Of a stretch of DNA of 64,000 bases, positions 53,445-64,000 are shown piece by piece. Origin of the DNA: the human T2T-CHM13v2.0 reference genome, Homo sapiens. The notes below the pieces were generated by a model that made no database searches, was not told the origin of the DNA, and saw nothing but the letters and a program-made list of their open reading frames with translations. How positions within the stretch are numbered: the first letter of the stretch is position 1; every line of letters starts with the position of its first letter. The translations under genes and the position numbers were made by a program. The DNA lies in NCBI RefSeq assembly GCF_009914755.1, contig NC_060939.1; one strand, given 5' to 3'.

Positions 53445-54305
53445 GGTTTTTTTCTCCTTTTATTGATATATAATAATTTACATATTTATCAGTACATGTG
53501 AGTGTTTGTTACATGCATAGAATGAGTAATGATCAACTCAAGGCATTTGGAGTATCCAGCATCCTGAGTGTTTATCATTTTTACATGTCAATATAATTTC
53601 AAGTCCTCTCCTCAGGTTACTTTGAAATATATATAATATTGTTGCTAAGTATAGTCACTGTAGTCTGCTGTCAAACATTACAACTCGCTTCTTTTATCTA
53701 ACTGTGTGTTTGTACCCATAACCCACCCTTTCCAATCTCTGGTATCTATTATTCTGTTCTTTATGTCCATGAGATCAAGTTTTTGGCTCCCATTTATGAG
53801 TGAGAATGTATAATATTTGTCTTTCTGTGCCTGGCTTATTTTACTTAATATAGTGACCACCAATGCTATTCATGTTTCTGCAAATGACATGATTTTATTC
53901 TTTTTTATGGATGAATAGTATTCCTTTGTGTATGTATACCACATTTTCTTTATCCATTCATTAATTGATGGACATTTAGGTTAATTCCGTATCTTTGTTA
54001 TTGGAAATAGTGCTGTGATAAGCATGTGAGTACACCTATCATTTTGATATACTGATTTCTTTTCCTTTAGATAGATATTCAGCAGTGGGATTGTGGGACC
54101 ATATGGCAATTCTATTTTTAGGTTTCTGAGAAAACTCCATACTGTTTTCCCTAGTGGTTGTACTAACTTACATTCCCACCAACAGTGGCATATAAGATTT
54201 CCTTTTTCTCTGTATCCTTGCCAGCATCTGTTATCTTTTTGCCTTTTTAGCAATAGTTGTTCTAACTGTGGTGAAATGATATCTCATTGTTGTGATTTGT
54301 TTCCT
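53445..54305 (-). mobile_element. L1MA (about MA2-3) 3' end inserted in L1MC
   Basis: Poly-T then tttgttacatgcatagaatgagtaatgatcaa; antisense ORF2 C-terminus ([10 protein letters not shown]). Confidence 0.88.
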
Positions 54306-55403
54306 TTAATTTTTTCTTTCTAATTTTTGGCATACATATTCTATACATATTTTGTTGAATGCACCTAAGTATTTTATTTTCTTAGGAGTGATTATAATAC
54401 TGTGTTTTTATTTTTAGTATCCACATTGTTCGTTGTTATGTAGAAATGAGATGATTTTTGTGTCCTGTGACCTTGCTGAACACACTTATTAGTTCTAGGA
54501 CTTTTTATAGATTTTTTTTGAGATTTTCTATGAAGACAATTACATCATCTGTAAATAGGGACAGTGTTATTTCTTCCTTTCCAGTTGGTATGCCTTTTAT
54601 TTCTTCTTCTTGCCTTATTGAAGTGACTAAGACTCCCAATACTGTGTTGAATAAGAGTAGTAAGGGCAGATATTCTTGCTTTGTTCTGACCCCTGGAAGA
54701 ATAGCATTCAGTCTTTCATTATTACGTATGATATTAGCTGTTGGGTTTTTGTGGATGCGTATTATTGAGCTAAAGAAATTTTCCTCTATTCCTATTTTGC
54801 TAAGATTTTAAAAATCATACATTGGTATTAGACTTATTAAATGTTTCTTCTCTATCAATTGATATGATCGTGTGATTTTTTCTTTTTTAGTCTGTTGGTT
54901 TAGAGTATTACATTGATTTATTTCTGAATGTTTAACCAGTCTTGCATACCTGGAATAAATACCACTTGCTCATGGTGCATAATTCTTTTTATACATTGCT
55001 GGATTTGATTTGTTAAAATATTTTATAGATTTTACATCAGAGTCCATGAGAGATACTTGTCTGTAGTTTGCCTTGTTTGTGGTGTCTTTATCTGGTTTTG
55101 GTAGCAGGACATTATTAGTCTCATAAACAAGTGGTGATGTGTTCCTTCTTCATCTGTGTATAAAAGAGGTTGTATAAAATTAGTGTTAATTCTTCTGTAA
55201 ATCTTTGGTATAATTCTACAGTGATAACTCTGGGGCCTGAAAATTTCTTTAGGGAGCTTTTAAATTTTTCCATTTCTGTAATGGTTATAAGACTATTTAG
55301 GTTGTCTGTGTTATTTTGGTTTGAGTTTTAGCAGTTTTTGGTTTTTGAAATCCATTTATTCTAAATTGTAGAATTTATGAGTATAAAGTTATCTGCTGTA
55401 CTC

Positions 55404-55861
55404 TGTGGTAAGCTGAATAATGGCCCCCAAAGATATCCCTGGAAATCTATAAATGTTACCTTATACACACGAAAAAAAAATGAAAGAAAAAGGAAAAAAA
55501 GGCTCTGCCTGTGCAAGTAAGTTAAATATCTTGAAATAGGGAGATTATCCTGGACTATAGAGGTGGACCATAAATGCAAACACAAGTGTCTTCATAATAG
55601 GAAGGAGGGGGAAGATTTGGCCAAATAAGGAAAAAAAGGCAATGTGAAACTGAAGCAAGACACTAAACTGCTGATGTTCTAGAAGCTGGAATATCAAGGA
55701 AATAGGTCTTTCCCTAGAACCTATTCTGTAGAACCAGAGAGAGGCCCAGTGAAACTCATTTCAGACTTCAGATCTCCAGAACTATAAGAGAATGAATGTG
55801 TGTTGTTTGAAACCACCAAGTTTGTGGTAATTTTTTACAGCACCCGTGGGAAACCAATATA
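55404..55861 (+). mobile_element. MLT1D-like MaLR LTR
   Basis: tgtggtaagctgaataatggcccccaaagatatcc...gggagattatcctggacta...ccaagtttgtggtaatt. Confidence 0.88.
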
Positions 55862-58800
55862 TTCTTCTTTATTATAATGTGTCTTGGCATGGATTTCTTT
55901 TAATGGTAAGCATTTCTAATGTAAGCATTTAGTGCTATATAATTTCCTCTCACCACTGGCTTTAGCTGCATCCCACATAATTTGATATGTTGTATTTTCA
56001 TTTTTATTGAGCTCTCTATTTTTTTTAAAATTTCCTTTGAGACTTTCACTTTGACCATGGGTTATTTAGAAGTGTGTTGTTTAATTTTCAAGTATTTGGA
56101 GATTTCCCTGTTGTCTTTCTGTTTTTTGTTTTTTAGATTTTTGTTTTCTTCCTAGTTTGATTCCATTTTGGTCAGAGAACACACTCTGTATGATTTAATT
56201 TATTTTAAAATTGTTGAGGTTTATTTTATGGCGCAAGTTATGGTCTATGTTGAAGAATGTTTCATGGTTACTTTTTTTTATAAAGTCTATTCTGCTGTTT
56301 TGGGATAGAGTGTTCTCTCTGTGTTGATTAGGTCCTACTTGGTTAATTGTATTGTTCAGATCTTCTATAGCCTTGTTGATTTTCTATTAGTCCTGTCAGT
56401 TGCTGAGAAGGGAGTGTTGAAGTCTCCAGCTATAATTGTGCATTTGTTTATTTCTCCTTTCAGCTTTCAGTGGTTGGCTCATGTGGTGTTTTATATGTAC
56501 ACATTTATAATCATTATGTCTTCCTGAAGAATTAATCTCTCTTTGTCTCTAGTAACATTTGTTGTGAATTCTACTTTACCTAATATTAATATAGCTACAC
56601 CTGATTTTTTATTTTTTGGTTACTAATTTTCATAGAATATCTTGTTTATATTTTTATTTTCAACCTTCCTATATTATTGAGTTTGAAGTGAGTTTCTTAT
56701 AAGCAGAATATAGTTAAGTCATTTTTTTCCTTTATCCACTGCCAGTCTTTATCTTCTGATTGGCATAGTTAGGCCATTTACGTTTAAGGTAATTATTCAT
56801 ATGTTAATGCTTAAGTGTTTCATTTTATTATTTGTTTTCTGCTTCCTTTGTTTCTTAGTCCTCTATGTTTGTTACTTGAATCTTTTTAGAATTCCACCTT
56901 GATTTATTTATGGTGTGTGAGTATATCACTGTGTATAGTTTTCTTAAAGGTTGCCTTAAGTATTATACTACACATATATAACTTATCATAGTCTACTGGT
57001 ATCAGTGTTTTACCACTTCATGTGATAGGTAGAAATCTTATTTTCACTTAGGTTCCTTTACCCTCTCCACTTTTAAAACATAATTACCTTAAGTATATTC
57101 TCTACACATATGGAGCACCACATCAGATGATGTTATAAGTTTTGCTTCAGCCAGCCTGTAAGTTTTAAGAAGTTCATGAGAAGTAGATACTTGATTATAG
57201 TTATTCTTATGTTATATTTACTCCCATTCCAGTATTCTATCATTTTTGAGTTTCCAAACTTACTTCTGTTATTATTTCCTTTCTTCAGTCATTATTTCCT
57301 ATTTAGTCATTGCCATTTTTAAGGGTAGATTTTCTAACAGCAAATTATCTTAGTTTTCCTTTGTCTGAGAATGTCTTTATTTTCTCTTCATTGATAAAGG
57401 ATTGTTTCACTGGATATAGAAATCAGAGTTGACAATTCTTTTAGTATTTTTAAATAATGTGCAATTTCTCCTGGCTTCCATGGTTTCAGATAAGAAATCC
57501 TCTGTCATACAAATTAGTATTCCCCATGAGTTATGTATCATTTATCTGTGGTTGCTTTCACAGTTTTTGTTTCTTTGTCTTCAGTTTTCAGAAGTTGAAT
57601 TGTAATGTATCTTGTCATGAATTTCATTAGGTTTATTCTATCTGGGTTATACTCACCTTCTTAAATCTGTAAGTTCATGTTATCTGTAAACTTTGGGAAA
57701 TGTTCTACTTCATTTAAGTGAGCAGTTTTCAGTACAATGCTCTATTTCTTTTTCTTCTGACGTCTGAAGATACAAACGATAACTCTTTTGGTATTGTACC
57801 TCAGGTTCCAAAGGTCCCCATTAATTTTTTCAGTGCATTTTCTCTCTATTGTTCAAATTAGGTAAACTCTATTGAGTTGTCCTCAAGTTCATTTGTTCTG
57901 TCCTCTGTCATCTCCACTCTACTACTGAGCCAATCCAGGAAGTTTTTCTTTTGCTTATTACATTTTTCAGTTATGTCATTTCCATTCGGTCTTTTTAAAA
58001 TAATTTCTATTCCTTTGCTGAGATTTTTTCCTTTTTTTATCTATATCAAGAGAATTTGTAATTACTTGTTGAAGCATTTTCATGACTGCTTTAACATCAA
58101 TGTCAAATAATGCCGACATATGATTTCTCTTGAGTGTGGTATCTTTTGAGTGTCAGTTTTTATGAAGGCTAGATCGGTGTGTATGTTTAACTTTCTGTTG
58201 GGCACCACCAATAAAACACCAATAAAAATGGGTCACTTACTCATAGTGCCTCATTGCAAATCAGTGGGGTGAACATTCAGCTCCCCACTTGGTGCTGCTG
58301 ACCCTTCCTAGCAAAAGCAGGGCACCAACTTGCTTTCATTGTCTTGATTGTCTTGAGTTGAGGTAGAAGGTCACTTTCCCGATGGTCTTCACTGCCACCT
58401 GGGAGAAGGAGGAGGAGGGCTGAGTCACACAACTTTGTTACTGCACGATGGTGATAGAAGTTCAGCTCCCTTCTGGGCCCCAGTGACACCATGACAGTGG
58501 AAAAGAAGAAGCTGAGTGTCACCAGTATGTCTTCAGAGCACCTCATTCCACCTCATTGATATTAAGTGGGAGTGGAGGCTTAGCTTCCCACTGCACCCTG
58601 TTGATGCAGCAGAGGTATGTAGACAGGGGAACAGAAATATCAACTGGGCTTATTCAGTGTCATTGTTTCAGGGTCATTAAGGAGGCTCAACCCACCACTA
58701 GACCTTGCTGACACTACCCTGGTGGGGGCAATTGTAGCACTGCCTCTGTCTGTCAGGCAGGGAATAGAAGATCAGTTTCCGTGTCCATGGACAGCACCAT

Positions 58801-59179
58801 AGTGAGGAAGAGCACTGCCTGCTTCTTCGGGGGTGGGGGCGGGGTGGAAGTTCAACTTCCCGCTTGCCCCACTGAAACCTCCTAGGGGATGATGGTGCAG
58901 GTTTTTCCTGCATGTCTGACTGGAATGTGGAAGGTACTGCCAAAAAAGGTTTTCTGCTTTTACGCCAGCACTTTCCTGGTGTTTTGGCTAGGAGAACAGA
59001 CCTTTTTTGGAGCTTTTCAGTCAATAACAGATAGTACATCCAAGATGGAGCCTTCTTCAGCTCCCTGTGAAGAATATGCAGGAAATAATCAGGAAACCAG
59101 AGAACTCCCCACCTTGTCACTCCTCAAGTCCTGACCTCCCTGTAAAGTCTGCCTTCTCCTTCCACATGTCAGGGATACA

Positions 59180-59566
59180 TGGGAAAGACACTATGATGAT
59201 CAGAAGGCAGAAGACAGGAACTAGGGGAATGTTTACGCCACTGACTTTATTGGGGTTTCTGAGAAAAAGGCAAGACAGGACAAGATAGACAGTTTGGGAT
59301 TGGCTGTAGGGGTGGTCTCCTGTTGCCTAGTACCTGGCCTTGGGGTGATCAACACAGAAGAATGTTGTCTCTTAGGGTGTACTGGCAGATAAGGGAGGCA
59401 TGACCCTAGATTGGTTAGTTTCATATTAAAACAGCTCCCAATAGGGTCCTTTGTTATCTCTAAGAATGGGCTAGGCCAAGAAGAGATGTTTTTCCCCAGC
59501 CAGACAGATGTCTTAAGATGCCAAAACATTGTAATACATAGGAAATTTAAAAATATTTACAATACA
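59180..59566 (-). mobile_element. ERVL-type LTR (MER74/MER54-group-like)
   Basis: Minus strand starts tgtattgtaaatattttt...gttttggcatcttaa...ctagcccattcttagagataacaaagg; AATAAA on minus (tttatt at ~59246). Confidence 0.6.
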
Positions 59567-59745
59567 TGGTCAGTCAGAAGTATGGGAGGCCCTGGACTTG
59601 CGACTGGCATCGAAAAATGAGAGCAGTCTTATGGGATTGAGACTTTAACCTGTGTTGTCTGCAATAAGTCCAGGTGTTTAGTAAGTATCAGAATTGAATA
59701 GAATTGTTGAACACACAGTTGGTATCTGGAGAATCAGTTGACTGC
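59567..59745 (+). mobile_element. MER21C-like LTR fragment
   Basis: gtcagaagtatgggaggccctggacttgcgactggcatc...cagtcttatgggattgag...tcagaattgaat. Confidence 0.7.
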
Positions 59746-60099
59746 CAGTATTAGGAACCCTTCCCCAGCCCATACCAAGGCACCCAAATGTGTGATCACA
59801 GTTGGGTACCTGAGCTTTGGCAGGCAGGCAGTCATGTCACCAGGTGCACATGACAAATGTCATGCATGTTTTAACTAAATACAAGGTGAGAGTCAGAAAT
59901 TCTCTTCTGGTGTTTAGTAGCAATGAAGACTGCACCTGACCAAAAAATAAAAATTCACGAAACTTAAATGCTAAAAAAAAAAAAAAAAAATTTTACCGAA
60001 GAGAATCTTTCCATTTAAGGGCCTCAAGCACACAACTTTTTTCACAGAAGCCATCTTGAATGTTCAACATACATAGATTGCTTTTGCTCTCAAAATTGA

Positions 60100-60230
60100 C
60101 AGAGATGGGGAGCAGGATTGACTAAACCAGTAACAAAAAATATTTTAGGGATGATAGAAATGTTCTCACACTGAATTGTGGTGATGGTTACACGACTTTA
60201 TACATTTACTAAAAATAATTGAACTACGAA
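60100..60230 (+). mobile_element. L1ME-type 3' UTR fragment
   Basis: ggatgatagaaatgttctc...attgtggtgatggttacacgactttatacatttactaaaa. Confidence 0.75.
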
Positions 60231-63194
60231 AATACAAAATAAGAGTAATAAAATGAAATTTAAAAGTACGCAAATAGAATCTGCTCATTTCTGAATTGAG
60301 AGCAGGTTTTCAAACTTGAATTATGGTCTTGAAAAACAATATTGATCATGGCTGAACCAGTGTACAATGCAAAGAGGACAATAATGCAACCCTTTGTCCC
60401 TAGTGAAACTCTTGTTAAAACCAGACATGAGCTGAATTATGGTAGAGGTTCAGGCTGTTTGCAGGGCTCCACTTTCCAACATGGATGATGGCTATCTCCT
60501 GAATTTCCTACCCCAAGCTTCTCATCAGGGTGGACCTGTTCTCTTTGGCTACAATCCACTCTCAAGATGCCCCACCCCTGAGATTACCCACACCCTAGAC
60601 ATTATCTTCTAGCCAATCCTCTTCTATCATTTCCTCTTAAGATTCCACATCTCCTAACATCACAGCGAAGGCAAGATATTCTCCTTTACCCCAGGGCAGC
60701 TATACTGTCCTCTCAGTCAGCACTGTCCTAGCGTCCAAGGGAAGAAGGCAGTATATTGGCTTTTGTCCTGTGGCAACACTACTGTAGAACCAGGGCCTGC
60801 AATACAGAAGGGCCCTAGAACCCTACCCGATGCATGTAAATATTAATCTCATATCAGTGTTTCTTTCTGTTCTCTCCTTGTTAGAGGATCGCTAAAGATT
60901 TTTTCACCAGGCCAAAGTGTGCTCATGGCTGCCCTAGGCTGGGCTATGTGAACACACTTAGTAGGTTAGTAATTTGATACCTGATGAAATTTGTGTTTTT
61001 GAAATAGTGCTGAAGCACTTATGTGGACATAAGTGTGATGCTGATGAAAAAAAGGCAGAGAAGGGGCCCAGGAGTGCCAGACTTAGACCACATATTTGGC
61101 TCTGAGCAACGCAGCTCTGGACAGAATTTTTGTACATCTTCTCAGCAAAATAAAATGTCTGCTTTGATCTGAACACATTCTCTTCAAAGCCAGTGTAGCT
61201 ATCGCTTATTGTTACTGGAACACGCTCCAGGAGACCTCAACTTATACTCCAAGAAGCTAATAAAATATTTCTTTCCACCCCAAACAGTGCTTTCCCTAAG
61301 ACAGCTTCTGGTAAATGTGGGTTTTGAATTGTATTACTTTTCTACCCATGTTTCGTTCATCACCCCTTCTGGGTTAGAAGTCAGGGCAACTGCTTGGCTG
61401 GTCCATCCACTAATCTGACTATGTCCTTAGAGCAAGATTAGGGCTCCAAGGTAAGTCACTTGGCTGATAGAGGATACACTTTTTTTCTAGCGTATCAATC
61501 AATAGCAGAGAGCCCATGGGCTTTCCTCAATGCTCAGGAGATTGGGGAACATTTCACACTAACCTTCTGTGCTCAGCATCGTGTCAGTTTTTCAATGAGA
61601 ATGATTTTCATGCTGGGAATCACAGACCAGGTAGTAAATAGGTGTGATGCTATAATAAGCTTTTGGAAGTAGTTATTTTCAGGAAGGCTTTTACACTCTT
61701 TCAAATCATGTAAATAAAGTAGTGGCCCAATACAAGTACAAGTAGTGGCCTAATAAAAGTGGCCTCTCTGCTAAGGGTCTCCCACTCCATTACCAAGTCT
61801 TCATGGGGAATATCCAGTGCTTCCATGCCACCCTTGGCAGTCCTCATTGGTGCCACATGTTCCAACAAAGTTAAGGAGCCACTTGACTAATGAAATCCCC
61901 AGACAACACATAAATCACAGGACTTTTTTACTGTCTGAAATAGCAGACCATAACTAAAATAATACCTGAGTAGAAAGGTTATGTTGCTGGCACAGATTAC
62001 CTGGAGCATATATATTGTATAAGCAGATTTGACCAAAAACATGAAGGGAAAAAACTTATTTAAAATTTGGTGCAGTAACTAGCTATCTTTGCTGCTTGTT
62101 TTCTAATTTTATTTTGTGTATCTTAGACAAAAAAAAACCCAATTTCTTAATTCCCTGGATTCTACAATAGCAATTTCATAACAGTTTCTCTCTGGGACCT
62201 TCTTGAAAAATGGCCGTATGATGTGTGATGATGCTGTCCAATTTGTTCTACAATATTCCCTGAGAAACTGATCAACCTCTCTGTGGGCCTTGGTAAAGAA
62301 GATGGGAGGGGTGAGTAAGATGAGGCAGGATGTGAAACTCATTGAGACCTTCCAATGACAAGCACGGTAAAACTCAGGAATATTGTAGCATTTTGTGTAT
62401 GACTCAATAATCTTCATTAAACTTGAGATTTTTAGAATGATATCAGACTACTGAAGTCACTGCATTAATAAAACAGATACTAGCACCCCTTAACAACGTA
62501 ACAAATGTGTATGAATCATTTATATGATTTTTTTCTCTTGAACAATGTTTGACAATAATCAGATGATAATGAAATGTATAATTAATAACAAAAATGCCAA
62601 CATCTGTTAGCTTGTTATTACAGACTGATTTTTCAATGTACTATTTCAAATGTGTCAGCATTAACCTAATTTATATTAAAATCTGCTAAATACAATCTGC
62701 TTTCATTAGTTGTTAATTTGGATTGGCACATGACACCAAGGAGGCGCTTCCTCTCTGCTCTCCCTCCGCATTTCTCGCTTTTGTCTAAACCGAAGATTAC
62801 CCCAAATGTCTTTTAAAAACCGGCTGCCTCAACTCAAATGTTCTGCCAGCAGATGGATCAGGTTGGCTGGCTGTTTGCTTTCAGCTGTGAATGATCAGTT
62901 CATTGATTCTTAAAATGTAGCACTTGGTCTCAGGAAAAAGGCTGGTCCCCAGCTGCAACCACTTCTGATATTCTTCTGTCCAGTTGCCTGCTTGTATGTG
63001 GCTTCCTCTCACATCCGTGCACTATGTCTGTCTCCTGGAGCCTAGGCCACTAGCAGGGAGGACACAGACTCTGCTCACGTGAGGTGCCCTTCTGCCTGGG
63101 GTTTTAAACTACATGCCCTCTAAGGCTCAAAGGTTGAGGGCAGATCTCTTTAAAGGGATGACCACCAGTGACTGGATGTTTTCTACAAATGAAA

Positions 63195-64000
63195 AGCACA
63201 TGTACAGCATGAGCCTGGTGCATCTTGTAGTGTCAGAAAGTAAGGAAATGCTCTAAAGAAATACAATGGTGGGATATGCCAAAGGAGCACAGCATGTAAC
63301 TGAAAAAGCTCTCAGTGGACCAAGCTGGAACAATTTAAGGAACAAAATAAAGTAGTATTGAGTTAAAACCCAAAATATAAAATAAATATCCATGAATCCA
63401 TGCACTTATACATAAAATGATTGAATACATTAATAAACTGGAAATAAGACTCAAGTCTCCCATGCAGATGAATTCCAAATAATTAATGGAGGTTCTCCAC
63501 CCTCAAGGAGGGAAAGAATAACTCCTCAGTCCTCAAGTGTGGGCTGCACATACATAGTGACTTCCTTCCAAGGACTGCAGTATGGAAAGGAGAAAAAAGA
63601 GAAATGTTACAGTGGAAAAACCTGACAAACATTACCTCAAGCACGTGATCTAGGCCAATATCAACAGTCAGAAGTCATGTTGATGGCATGTAACTTTGAT
63701 ATGATGTGATGAAAATGGCACTGTACTTCTCCAGTCTTCCTCTCAATAACCCATAACCCTAGTCTTATCATGAGAAAAACATCATGCAAATTCCACTGGT
63801 GGAACACTCTTAAAAATACCTAATGAGCACTCCTCAAAAACTGTCAAGGTCACCAAAAACAAAGAAAGTCTGAGAAACTGTCACAGCCAACAGGAGCCAA
63901 AAGAGGCATGATTTATACATTTAATATGATTTTCTGGATCGGATCCTGGAACTGCAAAAAGACATTGGGTAAAAACTCTGGATATCGAAATAAACTATGA
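63195..64000 (+). mobile_element. L1MD-class 3' UTR (runs off the window)
   Basis: aagtgtgggctgcaca...gtgacttccttccaa...aaacctgacaaaca...aactgtcaaggtca...ctgagaaactgtcacagcc. Confidence 0.85.

Larger units (their letters stand above)
51635..59170 (-). mobile_element. Near-full-length ancient L1 (L1MC1-like): 3' UTR, ORF2, ORF1 and 5' region
   Basis: 3' UTR aattgtagattgacac...gtaagaaatagtgtagagatatc; antisense ORF2 to ~56750; ORF1-type sequence ~57350-58130; interrupted by L1MA and MLT1D. Confidence 0.8.

Noticed and set aside
58265-58890. CRISPR-like repeat-spacer array
   Set aside because: Eukaryotic context, highly degenerate repeats, no cas genes; lies within an L1 5' region
61716-61766. 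Short tandem duplications (aagtagtggcc; similar at ~45860, ~51260, ~58208)
   Set aside because: Ordinary slippage duplications with no sign of function

Overview
Primate (probably human or great ape) non-coding genomic DNA: AT-rich, CpG-depleted, no CpG island, and heavily built from transposable elements (Alu J/S/Y, L1PA/L1MA/L1MC/L1MD/L1ME, L2, CR1/L3, MIR, MaLR/ERV LTRs, hAT and Tigger DNA transposons). I cannot support any protein-coding gene. The listed ORFs are chance ORFs or translations of Alu, L1 or LTR sequence. A few short AG..GT-bounded segments could be exons of an unidentified host gene or lncRNA, but I could not identify the locus. I see no convincing new biological system. The most interesting structures are: an AluY with no 3' end or poly(A) tail that still has a perfect 14-bp TSD; a ~315-bp polyadenylated orphan insert (candidate mRNA 3'-UTR retrocopy) inside nested LTRs; a twin-primed, 5'-inverted L1; a 279-bp-period local duplication whose spacer is an inverted copy of internal sequence; a ~120-bp imperfect palindrome carrying POU octamers; a multi-level TE nest; and a near-full-length ancient L1MC with a ~95-bp degenerate repeat array in its 5' region. 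All repeat subfamily names are by-eye recognition and need RepeatMasker/Dfam confirmation. Boundaries of old elements are approximate.
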